Assembly: GCA_963695545.1 (NCBI GenBank)
Contig: OY968796.1
Span: forward strand, 2,976,001-3,040,000
Source of the DNA: Terriglobia bacterium
GTDB lineage: Bacteria; Acidobacteriota; Terriglobia; Acidiferrales; UBA7541
Length of the DNA: 64,000 nucleotides
Direction: 5' to 3'
How positions within the stretch are numbered: the stretch's first letter is position 1; every line of letters starts with the position of its first letter. The position numbers were made by a program, and so were the translations under genes. The notes beneath the pieces were generated by a model. That model searched no databases, had not been told where the DNA came from, and was given only the letters and a program-made list of their open reading frames with translations. This document shows, piece by piece, positions 38,362-47,176 of this stretch.

Positions 38362-39240
38362 CTACATCACAGCCGTCGACGGCGAACCGAGAATTGGCGG
38401 CACCAAGGGGCTACAGGCCACCGGCGCCGGTGGCCTGTAGCCCAGCGCTGAGTGCGGACGCAGCGTGTTGTACACCATCCGCCATTTCTCGATCACGATC
38501 TGCGCTTCCTTCAGCGAGTAAAAAATCTCTCCGTTCAAACATTCATCGCGCAATTTCCCGTTGAAGCTTTCGCAGTAGCCATTCTCCCAAGGGCTTCCCG
38601 GTTCGATGTACAGCGTCCCCGTTCCCACCTTCGCCAGCCAACTCCTCAGCTCCTTGGCCACGAACTCCGGGCCGTTGTCCGAGCGAATATGTTCCGGAAT
38701 TCCCCGGTAAAGCATCACGTCCGCCAGCGCTTCGATCACTTCGTATCTCCCCAGCCTTCTCGCCACGCGGATCGCCAGGCACTCCCGCGTGTATTCGTCG
38801 ATCAGCGTCAGCATTCGCAGTGTTCGGCCGTCGTGGGTCATCGCGCTCACGAAATCGTAGCTCCACACATGGTTGGCTCGTTCCGGCCGGAGACGAACAC
38901 ACGATCCGTCGTTCAACCACAGCCTTCCTCGCGGCCTTTGTCCCTGCGGCACTTTCAGCCCTTCGCGCCGCCAGATCCGCTGCACCCGATCCTTGCCCAC
39001 ATACCAGCCCCGTGCTTGCAACAGCGCCGTGATCCTCCGATAGCCGAAGCGCCCGTACTCGCTGGCCAGCGCCACGATGTCTCGCGTCAGCGCGTCTTCA
39101 TCCGTTCGGTGGATCACCTCGTAGCGTTGTGTCCCTCTCCACTGCCCCAGCAACCGGCAGGCATGCCGCTCTGATACTTGGTAGCTCTCGCGTGCATGCT
39201 CCACCGCGCTACGTCGCCGCTCAGGGCTTAGAAGTTTCCC
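38362..39240 (-). CDS. IS3 transposase OrfB (DDE), reached by -1 frameshift
   Basis: WSYDF, RSDNGPEF, ENGYCESFN, YNTLRPHSALGY; slippery G-GGA-AAC at 39240-39234. Confidence 0.9.
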   Translation of the reverse strand, partial: GKLLSPERRRSAVEHARESYQVSERHACRLLGQWRGTQRYEVIHRTDEDALTRDIVALASEYGRFGYRRITALLQARGWYVGKDRVQRIWRREGLKVPQGQRPRGRLWLNDGSCVRLRPERANHVWSYDFVSAMTHDGRTLRMLTLIDEYTRECLAIRVARRLGRYEVIEALADVMLYRGIPEHIRSDNGPEFVAKELRSWLAKVGTGTLYIEPGSPWENGYCESFNGKLRDECLNGEIFYSLKEAQIVIEKWRMVYNTLRPHSALGYRPPAPVACSPLVPPILGSPSTAVM

Positions 39241-39506
39241 TCTGCCACATCCTTCAGAATTTGCTTCTCCAACGAAAGCTCCGCCACCAACCGTTTCAGC
39301 TTGGCGTTTTCCCGCTCCAACTCTTTGAGGCGTTTCGCTTGATCCAACTTCAGGCCGCCGTATTCCTTCCGCCAGCGGTAGTAGGTCTGCGCGGTGATCT
39401 CGGCTTCCTTGCAGGCTTGTGGGGTGCTCTTTCCGTTGGCGATTTCAACTTCAACTTGCCGCAGCAGCGTGACGATCTGCTCCGGCTTGTATCTCCTCAT
39501 CGGCAT
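39228..39506 (-). CDS. IS3 transposase OrfA
   Basis: YKPEQIV..QTYYRWRKEYGG..LKELERENAKLKRLVAELSL. Confidence 0.92.
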   Translation of the reverse strand: MPMRRYKPEQIVTLLRQVEVEIANGKSTPQACKEAEITAQTYYRWRKEYGGLKLDQAKRLKELERENAKLKRLVAELSLEKQILKDVAEGNF

Positions 39507-39713
39507 ACCAGCTTCCCTCCAGAGTGAATTCTCTCTCACTCCCGCTGGTACAAAAAACCCCGGTCAGGTCACGCGAAGGCGTAGGCGCATGATTGTGTGG
39601 GAGTTATAGAATGTTCTAGAGGTAAGGTGCCAAAACTGAGCCCCTTTAGCGCCGCGATAGCACAATATTAGTGAGGAAGTGCGAAAATTGGCAGAGTAGA
39701 TTCAGCAGGCTCG

Positions 39714-40427
39714 CTAATTTGATTTTTCCAAGTAACTTTTCCAAGCACTCAAGGACTCGAATGCGCTGGCGGGCACCGCGTTTGTGGCTAGTTGCCTCAG
39801 TCTAGCCAGCAGTAGTGCGCGCGTTTCGCGGAAAAAAGCGCGATCTTCGAGCAGATATGCGCAGTGGGCTCCAAGTAACCTGCCGTTTAGTTCGAGCGCG
39901 ATCCGCTCGGTGCGCATGTCCCGAACCATCTCTCTCTGTTCCTGCGCGTCCGCGACAGCCGTTGCTAGCGTGTCGAGCCACTCCCGTGTTGCATGGTTGA
40001 TCGCTTTGGCAACCGGTTCCGGCCGGTTCGCATATTCGAAGATCGCGCCGGTAAAGAAATAAGCCCCCGAAAATACGTGCCGTTCAACATGGAGCAGCCA
40101 CAAATCACAGAGTTTCCAGAGATGTTCGATGCCTCGGCCATTGGTCGGCGCTGGCCGTAAGACCGAATCGGCAAAAACATCCCTGGCCTTTTCAATTGTT
40201 GCCAACTCCGGGGCCTGCTTGGAACGGAAGTGGGCGAACAATCCGCTTTTGCTCATTTGGAGTTCTTTTGCCAGGCGGCCGATAGTCAGAGCCGACAGCC
40301 CTTCTCGCGCAGCTATTTTTAGGGCGAGCGCCAAGATCGCCTGCCGCCTCCGTTCGCCTTGGGACCGAGGTCCAGTGGCTGGACCGGCGGTAGGGGATAG
40401 CTGGTTATTGAAACTCACGGCCAACAC
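39714..40427 (-). CDS. TetR/AcrR family regulator; start approximate
   Basis: EGLSALTIGRLAKELQMSKSGLFAHFRSK; palindrome CGAACGTTCG at 40437-40446 upstream. Confidence 0.88.
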   Translation of the reverse strand: MLAVSFNNQLSPTAGPATGPRSQGERRRQAILALALKIAAREGLSALTIGRLAKELQMSKSGLFAHFRSKQAPELATIEKARDVFADSVLRPAPTNGRGIEHLWKLCDLWLLHVERHVFSGAYFFTGAIFEYANRPEPVAKAINHATREWLDTLATAVADAQEQREMVRDMRTERIALELNGRLLGAHCAYLLEDRAFFRETRALLLARLRQLATNAVPASAFESLSAWKSYLEKSN

Positions 40428-40589
40428 CTAAGAGCACGAACGTTCGCTTTCAAGACTTTCCTCCATTTATGCTGCGCCACTAAGCACGCCATGTATGACC
40501 TTCCGTGAATGTGTCCCGCGCCGGTCGCAGTAACAATGATCTTGACTGTTATATATAGCATACTATATAGTCCGGCCGAGGGTATCGAG

Positions 40590-41120
40590 ATGAAATCAAG
40601 CAAAGGTCACAAGCCCGCCGCCGTCGCCCTGTTGCAGTTGGGGCCGGAAGTTCATGCGGCTCTGGAATCAGCGGCGCTGCGTAGCGGCCAGAACAAGAGC
40701 GAGTTCGTCCGGCACGCAGTTCTAGGTGCGATTCAGGCCCAGGCAGGATACTGGGAACGCCTCTTGATGGATGTGCTTCGCCTTATTCCTGAACTGATAG
40801 AGGCGGCTTCATACGCGGGACTGCTCACGGAGAAGGAGGCCGCGAATATTACCGAGCCGATGGATCAGGCGCGGTCACGGTTGTACGGAGTTCTTGACCG
40901 GATCGATAAGCTCCCAATTCATTGGACTCCCGGAAAGGGCGAGGCGGCGCGTCCGTATGAGGAAGTCATGCGCATTCGTGCGAGCCGCGCCGAAATGCTT
41001 CGCCCCGAAACTGAGCCGTTAGACCGTCTCACGAACAGATTCATCGAACTGCACAACACGCTACACCGTGCAGAACGCGAAAAAGCTAAGAAGAGTCGGC
41101 GCAAATCGCCACGGCCATGA
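40590..41120 (+). CDS. hypothetical protein with N-terminal ribbon-helix-helix-like segment
   Basis: LLQLGPEVHAALESAALRSGQNKSEFVRHAV; preceded by TTGACT-N18-TATAGT. Confidence 0.65.
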   Translation: MKSSKGHKPAAVALLQLGPEVHAALESAALRSGQNKSEFVRHAVLGAIQAQAGYWERLLMDVLRLIPELIEAASYAGLLTEKEAANITEPMDQARSRLYGVLDRIDKLPIHWTPGKGEAARPYEEVMRIRASRAEMLRPETEPLDRLTNRFIELHNTLHRAEREKAKKSRRKSPRP

Positions 41121-41168
41121 GCAGGGAAGCCGCGTCGCGAGCGCGTAGCGCGCTTATTCGGGTGTGCA

Positions 41169-41402
41169 ATGAATAAGCAACCAGATCACGTTCGCAATTC
41201 TGAATTCGAACCTCTGTTGGACAGCAAACAAGCTGCCAAGTTGCTGGGCGATATTCATGTCAAGACCCTACAGCGATATGTGCGAAAAGGAGAGCTTCCC
41301 GGTTATCGTGTCGGCGGTCACTGGTATTTTCGCGCGTCCGACCTAGACGTGTGGCTGCGTTCTCGTATAAATTCGGGCTGCCATCCGTGCCGCAGAACAT
41401 AG
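41169..41402 (+). CDS. excisionase-like HTH_17 protein
   Basis: LLDSKQAAKLLG..TLQRYVRKGELPGYRVGGHWYFRASDLDVWL; directly upstream of the integrase. Confidence 0.88.
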   Translation: MNKQPDHVRNSEFEPLLDSKQAAKLLGDIHVKTLQRYVRKGELPGYRVGGHWYFRASDLDVWLRSRINSGCHPCRRT

Positions 41403-41414
41403 GAGGCAAAGTGA

Positions 41415-42554
41415 ATGTTCAAGCGGACACGGTATCAGTTCGGTTGGTTACGTAAGAAACGCCGCAAGCGAGGCCCCGACGTTTGGGTATGGACCTATCG
41501 GTCCAAGACACCGAGCGGACGGCGAAAGGAAAATTCGGTGATTGTGGGAACGGTATTGCAGTATCCCTTAAGAGCCGAAGCCTGGAAGGCGACTGAAGGT
41601 TTACGCCTTTCGATCACTCAGCCAAATCAAGACGAAGAGGTGACGTTCGGAGCGGTTATCGAGCGTTACATCCGAGAGGCAATTCCCGCACGGCTTTCGA
41701 CCCAGAGCAAGTACAAATCCTGGATCAAGAATTACATCAAGCCGCGTTGGAAGGATGTTCCTCTCTCGAAGATGAAGCCTCTCCCCGTCGAGAAGTGGAT
41801 TGAGAGCCTCAGTCTTGCCCCGAAGAGCAAAGGGCATATTCGCAGCATGATTCACCTTTTGTTCAACTGGGCGATGCGGTGGGAGCTGATTCCATTTCAA
41901 ATTAACCCCATGAATCTCGTTCACATTAAAGGTTCGTCCAAGCGCGAGCGCGAACCTCGAACGCTTACCATAGAGGAGTTTCTCCTATTCATCGAGCATG
42001 TGCCCGAGTCGTGTCGGACCATGTGCATCGTGACGGCGTGCCTCGGGCTTCGAGTGAGCGAAACGCTTGGTCTCAAATGGGGCGATTTTGATTGGAATGA
42101 CCTGCGGGTAAAAATCCAGCGTTCATGGGTCGCTGGAGTCGAAGACGATGTGAAAACGCAGTATTCAAGGAAATGGATGCCCGTTGATTCAATCCTTGTG
42201 AAGCTGTTGCAAGAGCACAAGGCAAGGACAACTCCGAACGCAAAGGACACGGATTGGCTCTTTTCCAATCCGGACACCGGAAAACCGTACTGGCCCGGAC
42301 GCCTACAGGAACATTATCTTGTTCCTGCGGGAGTAGCGGCCGGGATCGGGCGCATCGGATGGCATACATTTCGTCACACGTACTCGACTCTTTTGCGAGC
42401 GTTCGGTGTTGACATCAAGGTGCAGCAAGAACTGCTGCGCCACGCCGACATTCGGACAACCATGAATATCTACACGCAGGCAGTCCCACAAGCATTGCGG
42501 GAAGCGCACGGGAAAGTCGTAGAAATGTTGGTGCCGATGCGGAAGGCGGGATGA
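41415..42554 (+). CDS. tyrosine recombinase/integrase
   Basis: Catalytic R (GLRVSE), K (DVKT), HxxR (HTFRH), H (LRHADI) and Y (MNIYTQ) all present. Confidence 0.96.
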   Translation: MFKRTRYQFGWLRKKRRKRGPDVWVWTYRSKTPSGRRKENSVIVGTVLQYPLRAEAWKATEGLRLSITQPNQDEEVTFGAVIERYIREAIPARLSTQSKYKSWIKNYIKPRWKDVPLSKMKPLPVEKWIESLSLAPKSKGHIRSMIHLLFNWAMRWELIPFQINPMNLVHIKGSSKREREPRTLTIEEFLLFIEHVPESCRTMCIVTACLGLRVSETLGLKWGDFDWNDLRVKIQRSWVAGVEDDVKTQYSRKWMPVDSILVKLLQEHKARTTPNAKDTDWLFSNPDTGKPYWPGRLQEHYLVPAGVAAGIGRIGWHTFRHTYSTLLRAFGVDIKVQQELLRHADIRTTMNIYTQAVPQALREAHGKVVEMLVPMRKAG

Positions 42555-42663
42555 AAAACGAGGCAGCATTAGGGCCGCATTAAGCGTTCCCCTGAGTGCT
42601 AAGTCGTTTCTTTCTGTTCCGTAGAGTGTTTCGTAAGTCCTTGAAAGAATGGTAGATGCGAGA

Positions 42664-42686
42664 TTCGATCCCCACCGCCCCTACCA
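42664..42686 (+). repeat. distal att site: duplicated tRNA-Lys 3' end
   Basis: 23 bp identical to 36036-36058. Confidence 0.95.
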
Positions 42687-42749
42687 ACTCACCGGAGACA
42701 GCCCACCCTTCCTGCGCGAAGGACGGGCCACGCGCCCGTGAACTCGGCA

Positions 42750-43469
42750 TCACAGTCGCCGGCCTACCATTCGTTCCACGACAGTTTCGATAGCGTGGTG
42801 AAGACGGTCTTCCACCGTGCGGCCGGAGCAAAGGACGACGAATCCGCTCCACGATGCGCCATACACGACCACAGTGGTCCTGGGCAGAACTTCACCGGCA
42901 ACTCGCGACAAGAAGTACATGAAACCGAGAATCGGCAGGGACAAGAGGCAGGTGAGCAGAATTCCTAGAGGAATGGCCCCCATGAGCACGAAAAAGTACC
43001 CGCCCAGAGTCAACAGTCTGCGACCAAGGACGCCCAGAATGACGAATTCGAGCAGGAAGCCTGCAAACAACTGCAAGGCATCGACGAGAGTTTGCGTCGG
43101 CGGCTCGCTAAACAGCGAGCGGATCAATAAAAATAGCGCGTGCACGAGCAAGTAGGCCTGGCCCTGGATTGATGTAGGCGCCCTAACCCGCTCGAAGCAG
43201 TGTTGAGATTCGGCGAGGGGCAGGCTCATGCAGGCTGCCGTCCCCTGTGCGACATCAATTTCGTGCGAATACCGCTTGCCCATTTCCCAGGGGCTAAGGT
43301 TCTTCAGCGCGGAGGAGGTGTCGCTCGAAACTCCGTCGACGAATTCGGACGCCTTCGCTTTGACGAGCACCCACAGAAGGAATACGAGAAAAACGGAAGC
43401 GAGCGCGGAGATCGCCAGAGAAGTGATCCATCGGCGGTGAGGTGAGCCTGGCTTTGATTCGTCGGTCAT
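42750..43469 (-). CDS. hypothetical membrane protein
   Basis: Several hydrophobic helices; no recognised family. Confidence 0.6.
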   Translation of the reverse strand: MTDESKPGSPHRRWITSLAISALASVFLVFLLWVLVKAKASEFVDGVSSDTSSALKNLSPWEMGKRYSHEIDVAQGTAACMSLPLAESQHCFERVRAPTSIQGQAYLLVHALFLLIRSLFSEPPTQTLVDALQLFAGFLLEFVILGVLGRRLLTLGGYFFVLMGAIPLGILLTCLLSLPILGFMYFLSRVAGEVLPRTTVVVYGASWSGFVVLCSGRTVEDRLHHAIETVVERMVGRRL

Positions 43470-43764
43470 AGTCTAGGCCGCTCTGTCTAATCGGTGTAGA
43501 AATCTCTGATTTGGAACTCTGAGCGACGCATTGTAGGCCGGGCTCGCCCAGGCCACAACGAAATTTAGCACCCGATGAAGGCCGCGCGGCGTGCGCGAAG
43601 GAGGGACCGCGTGGCACGGTACGTCCGCAAATGAGCGCCTCGCCGTCGGACCATTCGTAATCGGATGCAATCATCGAAAAGGATCATGTGTGGTGATACC
43701 ATCCTCGCGCCCGTAGGGGAATTTCGGTTCACCGGGCACAACTAAACGCGGGAGGAGAACGCTA

Positions 43765-44049
43765 ATGATCGTTGTTCGCAACAGCTTCATCGCCAAGCCG
43801 GGCCTGGCCAGCAAACTTGCGGCGCAACTGAAAGAGGCCGCAGCGGCTTCCAATCTCGGGAAGCCCCGCATCTTGACCGACCTTACAGGCGATTTCAATC
43901 GCGTGATCCTGGAACACGAGGCCGAAAGCTTGAGCGGCTTTGAGGCGGGCATGAAAGACTACGCTGGTAATGCGGCTTTCAGGGACAAGATGAAGGGATA
44001 CACCGATTTGTGGGTTACCGGCAGCCGCGAGATTCTTCAGATTGTTTGA
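43765..44049 (+). CDS. small hypothetical protein (NIPSNAP-like dimeric alpha/beta barrel)
   Basis: GGAGG RBS; MIVVRNSFIAKPG..RILTDLTGDFNRVILEHE..GSREI. Confidence 0.75.
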   Translation: MIVVRNSFIAKPGLASKLAAQLKEAAAASNLGKPRILTDLTGDFNRVILEHEAESLSGFEAGMKDYAGNAAFRDKMKGYTDLWVTGSREILQIV

Positions 44050-44148
44050 GGCGGAACTTCGGGCGGTGATTTCGCAGATTCCAACGTGCGGTCGCTGCAC
44101 GGTGCCCGTTTTCGTGAGGGCCCCGCGCGCTGCCGGGATCAGGCGAAG

Positions 44149-44361
44149 ATGGGCTATAACACGCAGCGGGAACCGTACGAGATCACGAACGAACATTTGA
44201 AAACGTTTGGTGTACGCGTGGTGTCGCGTTCTCTTGATCCGTTGATGCTTGAATGCGCAAAGTGCGAAGAACGATTCATGGTACTCCGCGAAACAGGCGG
44301 GACTTTGCCCGAACGATGGTGGATCTGTCCCAATCGATGTAACCAGCAGGATGCCTCTTGA
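44149..44361 (+). CDS. small putative zinc-ribbon protein; start uncertain
   Basis: LECAKC ... WWICPNRC. Confidence 0.45.
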   Translation: MGYNTQREPYEITNEHLKTFGVRVVSRSLDPLMLECAKCEERFMVLRETGGTLPERWWICPNRCNQQDAS

Positions 44362-44390
44362 GGGGATGGATTGGCTGCGGCAGGAAGTAG

Positions 44391-44543
44391 GCCCGTGCTC
44401 CGGTGCGCGAAGGATGGGCCATCCGCGCCGGCAAACCTGTGTCGCCCCTACGGGGCTCACAGAAAACATTTGAGAAAAGGTTTTTTTGCTCTGCGTACCC
44501 AGGGCCTCCGCCCTGGGCTAAAATGTGCCGCCCCTACGGGGCT
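44391..44543. repeat. REP-like palindrome cluster
   Basis: CGCCCCTACGGGGCT at 44443-57 and 44529-43; hairpin CCCAGGGC-CTCC-GCCCTGGG at 44498-517; GCCC..GAAGGATGGGC hairpin at 44391-419. Confidence 0.75.
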
Positions 44544-44562
44544 TGAAGCAAACATTAGGGGC

Positions 44563-44629
44563 AGTGGCGAGTGACGAGTGACGAGTGGCGAGTGGCGAGT
44601 GGCGAGAAAGGACGGGGCGTTAGCGGCGA
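44563..44629 (+). repeat. heptamer tandem repeat (AGTGRCG)x6 plus conserved 19-mer
   Basis: Six units at 44563-44604; GACGGGGCGTTAGCGGCGA at 44611-29. Confidence 0.85.
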
Positions 44630-44745
44630 TTGCGGTCGGAAGGAGCGAAGATGCTGCCAGGCTGAAGGCTGGGGCGCTACAAAATGCGCGGAGGTAGGGC
44701 GGCGCGGGCTCAGTGACGGGAAAATTGCCACGTGGTAGCGCGTTG

Positions 44746-46470
44746 CTAAGAAACGCTTGGTGCGACGGGCAGCGGATTCGGTGCGGAAGTTGGCGCGAGA
44801 TGCTTTGCCAAATCGGCCTGGGCCTGGGGCGGAGCGATCATCAGGAGCCGGTCGCCGGGCTGCAAGACGGTTTCGGGGCGAGCGAGCAAGACCGACTTGC
44901 CGCGCAAGACGGCCACCATTTTCGTATCGACGAGGTCACCTGTAAGGTCTCGGGATTGGATTTGTTTTCCGACCCAAGGACTTTCGGGTCGAAGCACGCC
45001 AACCGTTAACTGCGAAGCGTCCGGAAGGTCCACTGCGAGGCCCGACTGCAACAGCGCGGCCAGATGAAGATGGTTAACTTCCGGCGGTAACGAAATCTGG
45101 CCCTGGTCCAAGAGTCGTAAGGCGATTCGGACGTTCTCGGCACGATGCGCCGGAGAATCTGCCTGCCCGGCGACCTGGGCTTCGTACAGGCTGCCGTATT
45201 TGAGATACGCCGACAGTTTGACTTCGATGAGGTAGCTGAGCATAACGGCGAGTCCGGCGGGAACGAGGAGTTGGTAGCCGCCGGTCATCTCCGCAACCAT
45301 CAGCAACGTTGCGATTGGGACGCGCGCGGCAGCCCCGAAGACCGCCGCCATCCCGACAATCACCAGGGCGGCTGGCGGCTGGTGGAAGATTCCTGCGAAC
45401 GCTCCGCCCAACATTGCGCCGATAAAAAGGCTCGGAGCAAACACGCCACCCGAGCCTCCGGAGGAAACCGTAAACGACAACGCGAATATCTTCGCGACGA
45501 GAAGCACGAGGAACACGCGTACGATCAATCGTCCATCGATGGCTTCCTGAATCCAGCCGTAGCCGCCGCCCAGCACTTGCGGCAATCGCAGAGCCATCAC
45601 ACCTAAGAGCAGTCCGCCGATGCCGGGCTTGATCCATGCGGGAACGCGCAAGGCGACAAACGCGTCTCTTGCGCGATAAAACACTTCAGGCAGGATCGTG
45701 GCGACGATGCCGGCCGCCGCGCCGAGGCCGATGTACCAGCCGTAGTTTGCAAGTCCCGGGACATACAAGGGTGACGGAACGCGGAACAATGGCTGCCATC
45801 CGACGAACCAGCCGTTGACCGCGTAGGCCACGATCGCGGCGAGCATGCAGTAGACAAGAGCGCCGGCCTCGAAATCCATACCGCCGTAAAGAACTTCGAC
45901 GGCGAACATCGCGGTGCCGATCGGTGAACGGAAGATAGCGGAGAGCCCCGCGGCCATGCCCATCAAAACCAACAATCGTCTCTCGTGCTCGGGGCGATGG
46001 AAGAAGTTCGCGTAGATCGAACCAAAGCCCGCTGCGATAAGAGCGATGGGGCCTTCGCGGCCGGCCGATCCGCCGGAGCCAATGGTGATGGCCGAGGCCA
46101 GCATCTTCACCGGGGCCACGCGCGCTCGAAGCACGCCCCCGGTGAAATGGACGGCTTTTACAACGGTGTCGGTGCCGTGGCCTTCCGTTTCGGGCGCCAG
46201 GCCGTAGACGAGGGCGCCGGAAATCAGTCCGCCTAACGTTGTAACAACCGGGATGAGCCACAAACCGTGAACGCCAATAAATTGTTGCGGCGCGCCACCC
46301 TCTGCGGGAAGTCCTGGGGGCTGGTAACCGGCGAGTCGCGTCAGGAAAATATTCTGAGAGAGGCGCAACATCCACATGAAAAGTTGCGCGCCTAAGCCGC
46401 CCACGATGCCGAGGATAACCGAGTCCAGAAGCAGGCGCGGCCTGTCCACGGTCTGCTCGGCGGTCTGCAT
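44746..46470 (-). CDS. ClC-family chloride channel/transporter with C-terminal TrkA-C (RCK_C) domain
   Basis: EGHGTD, GSAGREGP, GGSGGVFAP; C-terminal SPWVGK..AVLRG..VLQPGDRL. Confidence 0.9.
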   Translation of the reverse strand: MQTAEQTVDRPRLLLDSVILGIVGGLGAQLFMWMLRLSQNIFLTRLAGYQPPGLPAEGGAPQQFIGVHGLWLIPVVTTLGGLISGALVYGLAPETEGHGTDTVVKAVHFTGGVLRARVAPVKMLASAITIGSGGSAGREGPIALIAAGFGSIYANFFHRPEHERRLLVLMGMAAGLSAIFRSPIGTAMFAVEVLYGGMDFEAGALVYCMLAAIVAYAVNGWFVGWQPLFRVPSPLYVPGLANYGWYIGLGAAAGIVATILPEVFYRARDAFVALRVPAWIKPGIGGLLLGVMALRLPQVLGGGYGWIQEAIDGRLIVRVFLVLLVAKIFALSFTVSSGGSGGVFAPSLFIGAMLGGAFAGIFHQPPAALVIVGMAAVFGAAARVPIATLLMVAEMTGGYQLLVPAGLAVMLSYLIEVKLSAYLKYGSLYEAQVAGQADSPAHRAENVRIALRLLDQGQISLPPEVNHLHLAALLQSGLAVDLPDASQLTVGVLRPESPWVGKQIQSRDLTGDLVDTKMVAVLRGKSVLLARPETVLQPGDRLLMIAPPQAQADLAKHLAPTSAPNPLPVAPSVS

Positions 46471-46746
46471 TCTAACTTTGTACCATCATTCTGGCGGGGT
46501 GAATGCAGAATACCTTGCGAAAGCTGCTGCGGCGAGCGCACGCGATCATCGACTCGGAGCGATCACGCTGCGATGACGATTCAGGGCGTAAAATGAATTG
46601 GGCTGTTCGAAAATGGCGGCTGTCGGCCGGAGGGGTTCCAAAATCCGGTCGCGGCAAAAGGTGAGGGCAGAGATGGTCCGGCTAGGAAGAAGAGTGCGGT
46701 GCGCCTGCGAGGGACAAGGGATTTATAAGATGCCGGGGAGTTCTTG

Positions 46747-47172
46747 ATGAAAAAAGACAGATACGCAGTTTTTGAGGCGCTCGATCCATTCTTCGAGATC
46801 GTGATGAGAGGTCTCGGCGGGCTGGTGGATGGGGAACATTATTTCGATACGTTCGCCGAGGACGCGATCTTTGAATCGCGCTATCAGTTTCCGGGCTGGC
46901 CGGCGACGATTCGAGGGCGAGCCGACTTGATGGCGAGCCTCTCGGGATACGGGAAGACGATCAAGCTGCGCTCGGGCGACGGACTTGTGGTGCATCGAAC
47001 CGAGAATGGTCGCGTGGTGATCCTCGAATACGAAGTACACGGGAAGATTCTTTCGAGTGGCGCGCGCTACGACAACAGGTTCATATCGGTGGTCACGATT
47101 GAGAAGAGAAAGATCGTGCATTGGAGAGATTACATGGATTCTCTGGCAGCGTGGACGGCGTTGAATGGTTAA
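46747..47172 (+). CDS. SnoaL/NTF2-like protein
   Basis: FAEDAIFE, GARYDNRFISV..KIVHWRDYMD. Confidence 0.85.
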   Translation: MKKDRYAVFEALDPFFEIVMRGLGGLVDGEHYFDTFAEDAIFESRYQFPGWPATIRGRADLMASLSGYGKTIKLRSGDGLVVHRTENGRVVILEYEVHGKILSSGARYDNRFISVVTIEKRKIVHWRDYMDSLAAWTALNG

Positions 47173-47176
47173 GAGA

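Larger units (their letters stand above)
38322..39571 (-). mobile_element. IS3-family insertion sequence (1250 bp)
   Basis: Imperfect ~40 bp terminal IRs TGACC...TTTTTGTACCA...TGAGAGAG; orfA and orfB in -1 frame. Confidence 0.93.
36036..42686. mobile_element. integrative element (genomic island) inserted in tRNA-Lys
   Basis: Exact 23 bp direct repeat TTCGATCCCCACCGCCCCTACCA at 36036-36058 and 42664-42686; integrase and excisionase inside; visibly lower GC. Confidence 0.93.

Noticed and set aside
40545..40571. LexA or NrdR box in the TATATA-rich promoter
   Set aside because: Lacks the ACAG half of CTGT-N8-ACAG and does not fit the NrdR consensus well; better explained as a local operator
42664..42686. 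Second tRNA gene
   Set aside because: Only the T-loop-to-CCA 23 nt is present; it is the att duplication
44391..44650. Possible CRISPR array
   Set aside because: Repeats are 7-mers or two 15-mers without regular unique spacers; no cas genes in the window
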